This document shows, one piece after another, positions 13,724 to 27,849 of a stretch of DNA of 64,000 nt (positions are counted from its first letter, which is position 1; each line of letters opens with the position of its first letter). The position numbers and the translations under genes are program-made. This DNA is from Octopus vulgaris. Taxonomy: Eukaryota. The notes under the pieces are model-generated. The model did no database searches. It was not told the DNA's origin and worked only from the letters and a program-made list of their open reading frames with translations. The stretch is from positions 145,700,001 through 145,764,000 of the forward strand of contig OX597817.1 of the NCBI GenBank assembly GCA_951406725.2, written 5' to 3'.

Positions 13724-13940
13724 GGAACCTCTGCTCTACGTGGACATTCAATCTGCCAGAAACAGCAGCTAAATATTCCTCATATCATACTTCACCATCA
13801 TCATCATCATCATCGTTTAACGTCCGCTTTCCATGCTAGCATGGACGTTAAACGATGATGATGATGATAGTGAAGTATGATATGAGGAATATTTAGCTAC
13901 TGTTTCTGGCAGATTGAACGTCCACGTAGAGCAGAAGTTC
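13724..13940. repeat. ~100-bp-arm fold-back palindrome
   Basis: Arms are reverse complements with about 4 transition mismatches plus CAT-unit and central indels. Confidence 0.92.
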
Positions 13941-16900
13941 CAATCTTTTTAATATCCGGGCCAGATCCTAAACCTGTTTTTTTTTAAGGGACTGCACCAA
14001 ATAAAGTAAAACACAAGTCAATTAAAAAAAAAAGTGGGGAAGAACACGTTAACAACATCTGAAACAAACTAATCTCGCACACAGTTAAGTTGTTCCGCCC
14101 CAAATCACTTCTGATCAAATAATCGAAGTCATTCTAACAGCTGTCGCATCTTTTATTCGAACAGTTGATCTCAGACTACATTACCTAATACATCCCTCCT
14201 GTACACACGGTAGGGTGTAAATTGTCTGTTATTTCTAGCGTGTCGAGTGACCAAATTGGTGTGTGATTTATGAAGTTGTTAGTCCCCCACCCCACGTCAA
14301 TCCTAATTCCCTAATTTATTAGAATGATCAAAGACGTTTCAGCTACAACTATCTAGTCTTATTGTATGTCAAAGACCACATTATCCAATGTGTCTGTTAC
14401 ACACACACACACACACACACACATATCAAAAGCATTAAATATTACTACCCTGTATAATGATTATATTTCAGTTTACTAATTAAAAACAAATAAATTTAAA
14501 TAAATCAAACGTATTTTATGTAAGCATGTATCTGACTCATACACTGTTCGCTTTCCAGACATTTATACGTTACTGCATATACTTTATACGCACTTTTGAC
14601 AAGTTGTGGTGCACCTGAGCAATGTATACAATAATTTCATTATTATTATTATTATAAACACTCATTTGTTTGTTTTTTACTTTGATTCAGTGTAGCTTTT
14701 TTTTTTCTCACTTAGTCCACCATTTTATATGTACAAAGTTTGAATGATCATCTAGTGATCACACAGGGTAATACCATTGGCTGGATATCATCTGAGACCC
14801 CCTTTGGTCACGACATAGATCATGGGATTGCACCTAGAAAGTTACCTTCCCAGGCACAAATCCGGGCAAGGCTGTTTATGGAAGACCAGCAGTCGTCCAT
14901 GCATACCAGCTTCCCCTCTCCACGCCACCAGTGTTATCCAAGGGATAGGCAAAGGGGCCGATACAGCTTGGCACCTGTGACATCGCAACTCATTCGTACA
15001 GCTGAGTGAACTGGAGCAACGTGAAATAAAGCGTCTTGCTCAAGAACACAACATGCAGCCCAGTACAGGATTCGAGCTCACAACCTCATGATTGTAAGCT
15101 TGACACTCTAACCACTGAGCCATGGATATCATAAAATAAAAGTTATTAATATGTTCAGTCAGTTGTTAGGTTTTAATTCCTGCTTCTAGCCTCTTCATTT
15201 GCCTTATGTCTCTAATTGGATGGAACGGGATGTGACCATAACAACGTTTGCATTGAACTTCTTCTATAAATGGACACATTACCAATGATGTTTCTTGGGG
15301 TCATTAGGTGTTTCAACATCAGACGCTTTCAACCAGGAAACCCAGCCAGGATTGACTGAGCCTCAGCTTGTGTCCAATTAGCACTACCCCAGGTAGCACA
15401 GCTTCTTCTAGGGCTGAAGACCACTCGACCTCTGCTCCACAGCCAACCTGAAGATCTTCTACCCACTGGTCCCTACAATACCAAATGTGTTGTAAGATCT
15501 GCAGAGGGACTGGCCTGCAAATGCTCTGCATTCCATCTTAATGGGATCACACCTAGCTTGTTATTTATTTTTTTTTAGCATAACTCCATTAGCTCAGCAT
15601 GTTTCCTCCTCTTACTCTTACTTGCTTCCTTGATACAATCCTCCTATTGAATGGAGAGTTCTGACAGAGGTATCTGATTGGATGCCTCTCAGATCAGCAC
15701 ATATCCATACATACATACATACATACATACATACATACATACATACATACATACATACACTAGGTTTTATTAGTAAATGCTTAAGGAGAATCTGGATAAA
15801 CTGGGATTTTCAGAAAGAGAAATCAACCAGCTGATTCGTACATTATAAGTTCAATCAGTGAGTGGAACAGTAAAAATATGCAAGACTTTTCTCAAGTTAC
15901 AAATGTGAATTTGTCTGTGTTAACTACATGCCAAAGATGGAGCCTTGCATCTTTGTTGGAAACTGGATCTCGCCTCAGTGGAAGATTAATAATAATTAGA
16001 AATAGATGAAACATACATATAATTATTGGAGTTGCCGGCTATATATCAACCGATTTGGGGTAAAGTATGGGAGTTGGAGAGAGAATGCAAATCCTTAATT
16101 CATATGTTACAAATGATCACAATATCTTGGACTACAAAAATCTGCAAGACCTTTGTAAGATTTAAAGGATCAGGGTTAAAACAACATGCTTTTCTTTACA
16201 AACTTGCAACCAAGTAGGTGGCTGGTCAAAATTTATTCTAAATTAAAAGAAAGAGAACAACATATATACATTCATACATACATTCATATACATACACACA
16301 TACATGCATACATACAAGACAGGCTTCTTTCAGTTTCTAACTGCAACATTCACTCACAAGGTGATGAAACCTAGAGCTATACTCTTTTACTCTTTTACTT
16401 GCTTCAGTCATTTGACTGTGGCCGTGCTGGAGCACCGCCTTTAGTCAAGCAAATCGACCCTAGGAATTATTCTTTGTAAGCCTATCGGTCTCTTTTGCCG
16501 AAGTGCTAAGTAACAGGGACGTAAACACACCACCATCGGTTGTCAAGCGATGTTGGGGGGGACAAACACAGACACACAAACATAAACACACACATACATA
16601 TATACATATAGTGGTTAGGGCAGCGGACTCGCGGTTGTAGGATCAAGGTTTTGAGTGTTTATTGAGCGAAAGCACCTAAAGCTCCACGAGGCTCCGGCAG
16701 GGGGGTGGGTGGCGATCCCTGCTGTACTCTTTCGCAACAATTTCTCTCACTCTTTCTTCTGTTGGCCTGCTTGCTTAGCCAGCGGGGTGGCGTCATTTGA
16801 AGGCTAAAACAATGCGAAGCGCATTGTGGCCAGCGATGTGTAGCAACATCTGATAGCCTGGTCGATCACGGTGATATATATATATATATATATATACGAC

Positions 16901-17229
16901 GGGCTTCTTTCAGTTTCCATCTACCAAATCCACTCACAAGGCTTTGGTTATAGTAGAAGACACTTGCCCAAGGTGCCACACAGTGAGAATGAACCCTGAA
17001 CCATGTGGTTGGTAAGCAAGCTACTTATCACACAGCCATTCCTACACCTATAGTAGAAGACACTTTCTCAAGATGCCACTCAGTGAGACTGAACCCAAGA
17101 CCACATGGTTTGGAAGCAAGTCTCTTAACCACTCAGCCACACCTGCTTATATGTTTTATATATGGTACTAGCTGGCCTTGTGCCATAAAGTATTTTACAT
17201 ATAAATAAGGACAAAAGATAGAATGTGGA

Positions 17230-17625
17230 AGGTAAATCAAATTAAGACACATGTCAACATTATCTAGTGGTTGTCTTTTGAGATGGGACATCAATCATCG
17301 TTTGTTACAGAAAGAACGCTGGTTCACACACAAACATTCACATACTTCCCTTGTACATGCACACATATACCCACACAGAGTTGAAACGCTGTTTGATTTT
17401 TCTTTTCAGTATTGAATGTTCACCATCCCACTTCCATTGCACACACACACAGACACACACACATTCACATACTTCCCTTTTTACATACACACACATACTC
17501 ACACACAGTTGAAACGTTCCCACTACCAGTTTGCCATCATCTCTTTCTTCCTTATTCATCTATCACCCCTTCCTTTCTCATTCATATGTTGTGACGGAGA
17601 AAAAAACAAGAGTATAGTAGATAGT
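17230..17625. repeat. Unclassified interspersed repeat (second copy ~37140-37447)
   Basis: Shared TTATCTAGTGG...CATCGTTTGTTAC...CACACAGAGTTGAAAC...GTGACGGAGAAAAA in the same orientation. Confidence 0.7.
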
Positions 17626-18087
17626 ATTTATATGTTTGTTCCATCTCGAGCCATATCTGGCTCATTAAGGCCAGTTTCCCCGGTTTCCTTGGCGTATAGG
17701 TTCTTCACCTGGATGGGACGCCGGTCCATCACAGGTGAGCTGCAAGATGAAGGAGGAAAGAGTGAGAGAAAGTTGTGGTGAAAGAGTCAGCAGAAGTTCG
17801 CCATTACCTTCTGCCGGAGCCGCATAGAGCATAGGTGTTTTGCTCATAAACACACACACCACTCGGTCTGAGATTCGAACCCGCGATTCCGCTGCTCTAA
17901 TCACTTGGCCATGTACATCACACACACACGCACACATACATACATACATACATATATAACGGGAAGCTTTATGAAAATAGACAAAAGACGAAGGCAGGTT
18001 TACGGAAATAAACAAAAGATGAAGGCAGGTGGAATACAAACAAACAATTGTATTAGTATGGCGCTCAGGAAATATAAATAAAACAAG

Positions 18088-18125
18088 TCTTTAACGTTTC
18101 GAGCCTACGCTCTTCAACAGAAAGA
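18088..18125 (-). ncRNA. Minimal Penelope-type hammerhead-like motif (second copy)
   Basis: Minus strand reads TCTTT CTGTTGA A GAGCGTAGGCTC GAAACGTT AAAGA. Confidence 0.5.
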
Positions 18126-18819
18126 TACACAGAGAAAAAACATACATATACATATACATATATATGTATATATATGTGTGTGTGTGTGTATATATGTTTG
18201 TTCCTTCTCAAGCCATGCCTGGCTCATCAGGGCCAGTTTCCTGGTGTCCTTGGCGTATAAGTTCCCCACCTGGACAGGACACCAGTCCATCGCAGGTGAG
18301 CTGCACGATGCAGGAGGAAAGAGTGAGAGAAAGCCGTGGCGAAAGAGTCAGCAGAAGTTCGCCATTACCTCCTGCTGGAGCCATGTGGAGCTTAGGTGTT
18401 TCGCTCATAAACACACACATTGCCTGGTCTGAGATTCGAACCCGCAATCCCTCGATCGTGAGTCTGCTGCTCTAACCACTAGGCCATGTGCCTCCATGTG
18501 TTTAAATGTAGTCCACTGATTTATATATTTTATATGTGGCCTTCAGGAAATGAATCTGGCTTGCAGAGCACTGGATTAAGATTTGCTAGGGCCTGAGATA
18601 TGAGGATTACAAGCCCTCAATCCCACTCTCACCCCACCCCCATTAACACCCTTGGAAGTCTCTGAGCTGCAATTTCTGATGCTTACACCTTAATCCAACA
18701 CTGTTTGCTAATTCTGAAGAGCAGATGTCATTATAACGTCTCTGTCTCTTTATAAATGTTTTTATTTGACACTTTAAGGACAATGATGAAAACGAGATAG
18801 CTGAGAGAATATGGTATTA

Positions 18820-19807
18820 AGCGATGGTGTGGTGGTGGAGGGGAGCAGGTAATGTGGTGGTGATGGTGCTGATGGCAACGACAAGGATAATGATGATTTT
18901 GGTGGTGGTGGTGGTGTTGGTGTTGGTGGTGGTGGTTGTGGTGGTGATGGTTGTGGTGGTGGTGGTATTGGTGTTGTCGTTGGTGGTGTTGGTGCTGGTG
19001 TTGTCGTTGGTGGTGTTGGTGCTGGTGTTGTTGTTGGTGGTGGTGGTGATAATGATAGTGGTGGCAATTTGATGATGATGATGATGGTCATGGTTGTGGT
19101 GGTGGTGGTGGTGGTGGTAGTGGCGAGAGTATTGGGGGTGATAATATAATGTTCATAAAGATAATAGTAGTGATGAAGGCGGTGGTAGCGGTGATGGTGG
19201 TGGTTTTCAAGGTCTGGATTATGACAGAGGCAGCAAGGATGATAATTGCAATGATGAAATGAGGTTAATGATGGCAGCAGTACTGGTACTGCTAGTATTA
19301 GCGGTGGTGATGATGATGGTTGTCATGGTGACGGTGATGGTGGCAGATGTAGCACTGGTTGTTAAGCTCAGGATTAAGATGGTGGTGGCAATGGTGGGGA
19401 TAAGGGTGACAGTGTTTACACAGTGATAATGATGTTGAAGATGATACTGATGAGGATGATGTGGTGTTAGAGGAGGAGGTGGTGGTGGTGGTGGTCGTGG
19501 TCGTGGTGGGGTTGTCACATTAATGTTAATAGTGGTGGTTACAGTGATCATGGAGTTGCTATTGTTGTTGCTGCTGCCATTGTTGTTGGTGTTGTTGTTG
19601 TTATTGTTGCTGTTGTTGATGTTGTAGTTGTGGTGGTGGTAGTGGTAATGCTGGAAGTGATATGGTGATGCTGGTGATGATGATGATGGGGTGGGGAGAA
19701 GATGGTGGTAGGGGTGGGGGTGATGATGATGATGATGATGAGGAGGAGGAGGAGGAGGAGGAGGAGGCGGGCCTTCAGTCATGTAATAATAATAATAATA
19801 ATAATAA
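18820..19807. repeat. ~1-kb mosaic trinucleotide low-complexity tract (GGT/GTT/GAT/GAG/TAA)
   Basis: Directly visible. Produces poly-P/H/N/V pseudo-ORFs. Confidence 0.9.
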
Positions 19808-20428
19808 TTGTGTACAGTGCTCAGGTGCACTACAACTCATCTAAAGTGTATATATAATCAGGTGTAGTTTCGGCGGATTTCGGAAAGCATGAGGGCCTTA
19901 AAGGATGCAGTGTCATGGCAGTCAACAACTGACGCAGGCAGTTTATTCCATGCTTCAGCAACTCTGAGCGTGAAAAAATGTTTCCGAAAGTCATGGGAGC
20001 TGTGTTGTTTTCTGACTTTGTAGGCATGTCCACGTGTGTTAGACACATGGAGATCAAAAAGGTGTTCAGTGTTGTTGTTGGTGAGGTGGTTGATAACTTT
20101 GTGGGTGTTTACCAAGTCCGTCGCCAGATGCCGGAGCTTCAGTGAATCCATGCCCAGGGAAACAAGGCGCTCAGAATATGGTAGGTGTCTGATGGAGGGT
20201 ATGCGTTTGGTTGCACGTCTCTGGACAGATTCCAGGAGGTCAATGTTCTGAGCAAGATAGGGGTTCCAAACTGATGATGCAAATTCCAAGTGTGGTCGTA
20301 CCATAGCTGTATACAGTTTTAAATAGATGGCTGGAGAGCGGCTAACAAAAGTCTTGCTAAGTGATGCCAAGACACCCTCGGCCTTCTTGACAATTTTAGA
20401 GATATGCTTTGTCCAACGCAAATCACTG
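19784..20428 (-). mobile_element. CR1/L2-group LINE 3' fragment with microsatellite tail
   Basis: LYTAMVRPHLEFASSVWNP, LESVQRRATK, TRGHAYK, FFTLRVAEAWNKLP. Ends at a (TAA)n run. A second copy lies at ~29660-30140. Confidence 0.9.
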
Positions 20429-22047
20429 TACTGAGCAATTCACCACCACCTCCATAGGAATTTGTGGCATGATGCTGATTTGAGACAGCATCATTATTAT
20501 TGTTTTTATATTTATTGTTATCAAGCTGGCAGAATCATTAGCATGCTGGGCAAAATACTTTCATTCTGAGTTCAAATTCTGCTGAGGTCGACTTTGCCTT
20601 TCATCCTTTTAGGGTCAATAAATTAAGTACCAGTTAAAGACTAGGGTTGATATAATCGACTCACCTCCTCCCACCAAAATGCTGTCCTTGTGGCAAAATT
20701 TGAAACCATTATTATATTATTATATCATGCCGTTATATTTTGTGAAGGCATGTCACTTAATGGTTAGAGAAGTTGGCTCACAATGTGGTTTACAAGGCTG
20801 CACTCCACTAGCTTTACCATGCCCTTGAACATCCCGTGAAGTAAGTTAGCTTAAAATTAGTTACTTAGTTCCCTAGGTTGTTGCTTTACATAAAAAATTG
20901 CCCCAAGTTGATTTCCTACATGTTTTATTGGATAAACTTATTATTGTCCCTTGGATCGCAGGACGGTCTGCTGTACTTACCTTGGATCATAGGGCAACTG
21001 GCTGTGCTTCAGGAGACCTATTGAGTCAAATACATCAACATCAAAAAAGCACCAACCGATCGTGGCCATTGCCAGCCTACCCTGGCACCTGTGCCGGTGG
21101 CACATAAAAAGCACCATCTGTACATAGCTGATGCCAGCGCCACCTTGACTGGCTTCTGTGTCAGTGGCATGTAAAAAGCACTAACCGTTCGTGGCCGTTG
21201 CCAGCCTTCCCTGGCACCTGTGCCGGTGGCACGTAAAAAGCACCCACTACACTCATGGAGTGGTTGGCGTTAGGAAGGGCATCCAGCTGTAGAAACACTG
21301 CCAGATCAGACTGGAGCCTGGTGCAGCCTCCTGGTTCCCAGACCCTGGTCAAACCGTCCAACTGATGCTAGCATGGAAAACGGATGTTAAACGATGATGA
21401 TGATGATGTACGTTCTCATAAATTCATCATGCTTTTCCATCTAGATTTACCTCCAGCTAACACATTTGCATGCATCATTTTTGTCCTGCTTTTCTTCCGT
21501 CAACCTGCACATAACTGAACCTTCCATTTTTTGTTGTTTTTCTACTGCTTAAAGGCACGTTTCTTTCCTGCCAAGTTTACTGTTTAAACCATGTTTGTGT
21601 TCTCCCAGTCAACAGCCCTATCATTACTGGTACTTTAAACTCTTCGGTTGCATATTTGTGTGAATAAAATCGTTTTTTTGGAGAATAGAAAAATAGTCTA
21701 TCTTTATATCTTCTTTTGTTGGTGTCTCAAATTTAGGTTAAATCAGTGTTTCTCAAAGGGGAGGCTTATGGGACTGTCGGACAAGTTGTTTTGAGAAAAT
21801 TTGGTTTAAATGTTTGACAACTCAGCACCGTCCATTGGATGGGGGACATTTTGCTTGTATATATACAAATAGATCAGTAGCCACTACACACATTTTTTTT
21901 CTCTCCTTGTTTCTTTCTGTGTTCCTTTCTTTGGAAGAGCGTAGGCTCGAAATGTAAAAGACTTTTTCTATTCCTGAGCGTTATACTAATATATCTGTTT
22001 GTTTTCTACACAATCTGCCTTCGTCTTTTGTTTTTTTCGTGAACTCT

Positions 22048-22097
<50 letters not shown>

Positions 22098-22123
22098 TAT
22101 ACACACATATACATACATACATA

Positions 22124-22660
22124 TGTAACGGGAACGAGTAGCTTCATGCACTTTTAGAGTGCATGTGGTGCATACAAATCACCGTTGCTTTAATATCCAG
22201 ATTCTACCAGTCAAAGAAACACAAAACGCAGACGTAAAAAATATATATACTTTATTGTCTTATAACGGTAAGAAATGAGTGGTATATCTGGTTCCGCTTG
22301 GTATGGATGTGTCAGAGCTGAACTTTATCGCTTGTAAGATTTTACAATGTTCAAATGCTAACGACACTGGTCAAAATGGCGTCCAGAGAGAGAAAATGAT
22401 GTGGTCTGCAACAAATCCTGGTTAAAAGTCTTCTGCCGACTGCTGCTATGTTAAATCCGGCGAGAGAGAGAACTACACGTCTGTTGCCTTCAATCGCTGT
22501 GTCTCAAGTCAGCCCACTGCTGCTATGTCTCTCTGGACCCTTTTAAGGTTCACGCTCCCTTGCCTCGGCTAACTTCCACGTCAGCAAAATTCCCTCTTCC
22601 GGACTTCACGTATGCGCGAGAGGGCGCTGCGCGCACGCGCTGCCGGACAGCGTCACTACA
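22124..22660 (-). mobile_element. Solo LTR (Gypsy-like)
   Basis: TGTA...TACA termini, 4-bp CATA duplication on both sides (within a CATA microsatellite), AATAAA on the minus strand near 22251-22256, CpG-rich. Confidence 0.7.
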
Positions 22661-22745
22661 CATACATATATATAGATAGTGAAGCAAGTGCTAATGCTTT
22701 TAATGTGGCAAGCTTTTAATGTATCAAGACTGTATTTGTATCGAT

Positions 22746-22977
22746 CAGTGGTTCTCAATCAGGCTCCATAATGGTCTTTGGGGGTCCATACAAGATTTTA
22801 TTGTTGAGATTTATGTGCAATAAGTCAACTCTACTACACTTTTTTTGTACAATTCCTTTTAAAACTTAATTATAAAAATACAACAGGATTCTTTAAATAT
22901 CAAATTACTATGAGAGTCCACCCAAGTAAAATAAGAATGAAAGGGGTCCGTAGGTAAAAACTGGTTGAGAGCCCCTG
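22746..22977. mobile_element. hAT-type MITE
   Basis: TIRs CAGTGGTTCTCAA / TTGAGAGCCCCTG; 8-bp TSD GTATCGAT/GTATAGAT. A related copy at 5609-6245 is interrupted by a SINE. Confidence 0.8.
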
Positions 22978-25439
22978 GTATAGATACATGACAAACATTG
23001 TTGCACAATGAATAAATCAACCACAGACAAAGTAGACAACTCATAATATAAAAAGGAATATTTTGTAATCATTTGATGCAGTAAAGTCTCAAAAAAAAGA
23101 AAAATTCCTTTATTATTAGAAAAGATAGAGTAACTGTGAAAATGAGGCCTAGATTAGGTCATGACCTAGATTTACTCGGAGGTTACTTCTTACTCTATGG
23201 CAATCATCTTATTATATGCTACTATTGTTAGTTATATGTAATTTTAAAAAAATCTTTCCACCCATGACAAGCTACTTTTCTTATTGCTGAACAAAGACAT
23301 TGAATTGAACTGATTCAAGAAGGAGCAAATTGGTTTTGTGATACATCACAAAGATAGAGATATTGGGTTCAAATTTTGGCACAAGGCCAGCAAGTTCATG
23401 AGTGTGGGTAAATTGATGATATCAACTCCAGTGCTCAACTGGTACTTATTTTATCGATCCCCAAAAGAACAAAAGGCCAAGTTGACCACGGCAGAATTTG
23501 AGCTCATCATCATCGTCGTCGTCGTCATCATCATCATCGGCGTAGGCGTCGCCATCATCGTTTAACGTCCATTTTCCATGCTGGCATGGGTTGGATGGTT
23601 TGACTGAGGTCTGGCGAACCAGATGACTACACCAGGCTCCAATCCAATCTGGCAATGTCTCTACAGCTTGATGTCCTTCCTAATGCCAACCACTCCAAGA
23701 GTGTAATGGGTGCTTTTTACGTGCTACCAGCACAGGAGCCAGTCAGACGGGCCTGGCTTTGATCACGTTTGGATTGTGCATTTTACATGCCACTAGCACA
23801 GGGGCCAGTCACGGGGTCCTGGCATCGGCCAAACCACTAAGCATTTTGTCCTGCCTGCTAATAGTTCATCCAGTTCACCGCTTTATAAGGGTAGAGATAT
23901 TAAAATGAAACTTGCTAACTTATAGTTCAAATCTACAAGTTAGCTGAAGTTAGCGTAATATTTCACTTTACCAGAGCTGATAAAATATACATCAATGTCC
24001 CTTTTGAAGTAAATAATTAAAGCTCAGATAAGGAAGTTGCTTCCTTACATTTCATAAGCTGCTTCAACCAAAGCTAACTGGTTTATCCATCAACAACTTC
24101 TTAACTAGGCCAGAAGCCACTTTGTCCTAAAACACCACACTCAAATGTCAATTAAACATCTTCATGATTCAGATGTAAAACCACCACCACAATATCAATG
24201 TGATTTATTATGATATTATCTAAAGCTATATTTTCCTTTCTCACTATTATCTTTCCATTAACATTTAGGATTCCTTGCATTATGACACCTAATTCCAGAA
24301 GAGAACATAGTATCTGTAATGGAGTTCAGATTTCCCCCTATAAATATTTTATTAGTAAATATCTCTTCTCATTTCTTTATGCTGATATCTGAAACATAAT
24401 GCACCAGATTTTCTTAAATTTTTTGAAAAGTGTATATAAAACAGTTGTAGTTTATTCTTTTATTCTTTTACTTGTTCAGTCATGTGACTGCGGCCATGCT
24501 GGAGCACTGCCTAAAAGAGTTTTTTTTTTTTTTAGTTGAAGAAATCGACCCCAGGACTTATTCTTTGTAAGCCTGGCACTTATTCTATCGGTCTCTTGCC
24601 GAACTGCTAAGTTACAGGGAAGGGTTTTTTTAGTCGAAGAAATCGACCCAAGAAATTATTCTTTGTAAGCCAATGTTCTGTATCCACAGAACATTCAAAG
24701 AAACTTTGTCTTAAAATTATCATAAGTTCAATTATTTCAAATATATTTATTTACTCTGCAGTTATACTCATTTTTAACTGAGATTATTAGAAATATCATT
24801 AATCTGATTTTTATTAGCCTTTAGAAAACAACTTGGTAATCATTCTTTTTTTATTAACTGATGATGATGGTGACGATAATATTAACTTAATATTAATCAA
24901 TTAATCCTTTTCAGACAGTGTCTAAAGCTGCTTTCTTTATTAAGTTTAGGAAAAAGGAGAAAAAGAGAAAATGTTAACTGAAGATTTGCTAATTAAATCC
25001 CTAAAAATTCTTAATCTGTTATTCATTATTGCATAAGGAAAATATTTTGAAATAGAGCTTTACAAAAACTATAAAAAGGTTGTGCATTTATTTATTTATT
25101 TATTTATTCCACATAATTGGAAAAGAAAACAAGGCTATGCCAACAACATTTGTAGTTTTTCATGTACAGTGAAGTCAATACAAGGCTAAATTTCTGTTTA
25201 TTGATGCCTGTAGGTGAAAAACGGCAAGTAGATCTCAGAAGGCTGGAAGAAGGTTACCCAAGTTGTTTCTGAAATATCATGGCTTAATAATATTCAAAAA
25301 CTGTTTTAATCCATTGTTTATAAAAGAAGTTCTCTAGCGTTTCTGCCACTTTCCATTCTTACATTATAATGTAAAATGTCTCCAAAGTCTGGAAAGATTT
25401 ATCTTGTCTCTTGACAAGAGTCATCATTATGTGTGATAA

Positions 25440-27300
25440 TTGGTACCTGTATGGAGTATCCAACAGCTCCATATTTGCTTTATGAAACACCTGGAATACC
25501 TGATCTCTTATAAGCTTACCTTAAATCAAGCTTTTGTCAGGCAAGTCCTAAAAATAATCTTGACAATTTTCCAAATGATGAAAGACAAAGGTGGACATCA
25601 TTTTTCTACAACTTCATATGGGAAACAAACCAAAAATGGTTGTGAAAAAAATTGGCACTGACTTATATACTTACCAAGAACAAACATTGGTTTCTTTTGC
25701 TTGTTGAAGTTTTCTTTTTCTTTTCTGTTTCTTTTTTGAAGTTTTACAAATGAGTTGAATGGTTAGGGTGATCCAAAAACTGTTAGCAAGACATTGTTAA
25801 AGGTACATACAAAGGCATGGAATAATAACCCCCACCTTACCCCAAAAAACAGACAAAAATCTTTTCCTTAACATATTTCTTTTGGTCAATAACAGAACTT
25901 TCGTAACTTTTAAGGTGCAGGAGTGGCTGTGTGGTAAGTAGCTTGCTTACCAACCACATGGTTCCGGGTTCAGTCCCACTATGTGGCACCTTGGGCAAGT
26001 GACTTCTACTATAGACTCAGGCTGACCAAAGCCTTGTGAGTGGATTTGGTAGACAGAAACTGAAAGAAGCCTGTCATATAGATATATATATATATATATA
26101 TATGTATATACATGTATATATTTGTGTGTCTGCGTTTGTCCCTCCAACATCGCTTGACAACCGATGCTGGTGTGTTTACGTTCCTGTCACTTAGCGGTTT
26201 GGCAAGAGAGACTGATAGAATAAGTACTAGGCTTACAAAGAATAGGTCCTGAGGTCAATTTGCTTGACTAAAAGGTGATGCTCCAGCATAGCCAAATGAC
26301 TGGAAAAAAAAATTGTGTTGTAACAGTAGAAAGGAAAGAGACAGAAAAAATTAGGAAGATTCTAATCCATATTATAGATGTAATTCTTTATTTGAGGGAA
26401 CAAGGACTGGCATTCTGTATTTGTTGTGAGTATCAGGGTTTAATACCACCAAGGACAAACAAGGCAATTTTATTTAAACTAAATTATTTAACAAGAAATA
26501 ATACATTACATGAATAACATTTTTTGCTGAATTATCATAATGCGACATATTTCAGCCCTGACATACAAAATTATCTAACACAGTTCTTATCAAAGTGGCT
26601 AAGTACTTTTAAATAATTGTTGACTCTACTATTGATATCAGCAGAATCAATCAATTTTCTTTATCCTTATATGTAACAATAAATGGTGATACAGTGAAAT
26701 GAATGTATATAATTCAGCGAATTACCTAAAACAATGACTGAAGATTCCTTTCAATATTCTTCGTCCAGTAATCAAAAAATAGGGTATCAATAACTATGCA
26801 TAATGGCCAGTTTCCCAATGAAGCAAGTGCCATGTTGAGCAAACTATCTGGAGTGGAGGCACATGGCCTAGTGGTTAGAGCAGTGGACTCACAGTCGAGG
26901 GATCGCAGGTTTGAATCTCAGACTGGGTGATGTGTGTGTTTATGAACGAAACACCTAAGCTCCACACAGCTCTGGCAGAAGGTAATGGCAAACTTCTGCT
27001 GACTCTATTGCCACAACTTTTTCTCACTCTTTTCTCCTGCATCTTGCAGCTCACCTGCAATGGACCAGCATCCCGTCCAGGTGGGGAACCTATATGCCAA
27101 GGAAACCAGGAAACCGGCCCTTATTAGCCAGGCATGGCTCGAGAAGGAACAAACAAACTACCTGGCTTCCAAATAAATGATAGGGAAGTTATGCCAAGCA
27201 CATTCTTTATACAGCCATATAAACAATTTAAATTTGGTTTTAATTGATACAGTAAGCTCCAATATTCAAATCAAGTTGTTTCCTTTTTTTATTCAACTCT
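25440..27300 (+). mobile_element. Decayed hAT (ZMYM/DUF4371-like) transposase remnants with nested SINEs
   Basis: Fragments IIDVILYLREQGLAF, TYFSPDIQN, VDSTIDISR and NLNLVLID, broken by stops and insertions. Confidence 0.6.
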
Positions 27301-27376
27301 AGAAAGGGCCTTTACACTTTATTTTACTGTCTATTCACCTCTCTTGTCTTTCAGTATGAGATGGACATTGCAATCA

Positions 27377-27849
27377 TCTATATCTATAAAAGGCAGGATG
27401 TGTGTGTAAGTGAATGTACTTTATGCACGTCCTTAAATTAGAATGCATGTCACTCCAATTTTAGGAGGACATTGGTCACGACCATGGCTGTACTTTTGTC
27501 AACTTATTTTTCCTGAGGCACCCCCAGATAGCGGTAAAAATAGGTTTTCAACCATAACTCTTACCAATTTTCACGTCGGTGAAATCCATAAGTTTACTAA
27601 TTCATTCTACAACAATGCCTCTGAAAAAAATTAGATTTCAACTACCTAAGCAATCTCAGCATAGGAAAAGAGAAAGAGCTGAAGAGACTGACTATCAGCT
27701 GACCCATTAGTAAAATATTATAACTTTTTGGGCCGAAACCTGGCAATAAGTGCTTGCGGATATTTCACTACAAAACATTCAATAATATCGAAGGGTATAA
27801 TTTTTGAAAACTCTTTCTGAACCCAGTCAACAACGGGTATTTCTGCTAG
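27377..27849 (+). mobile_element. Non-autonomous Helitron
   Basis: A|TCTATATCTATAAA start, degenerate CCCAGTCAACAACGGG hairpin, CTGCTAG|T end. Confidence 0.65.

Noticed and set aside
18774-19844. Pro/His/Asn/Val-rich ORFs up to 203 aa
   Set aside because: By-products of trinucleotide low-complexity sequence open on both strands.
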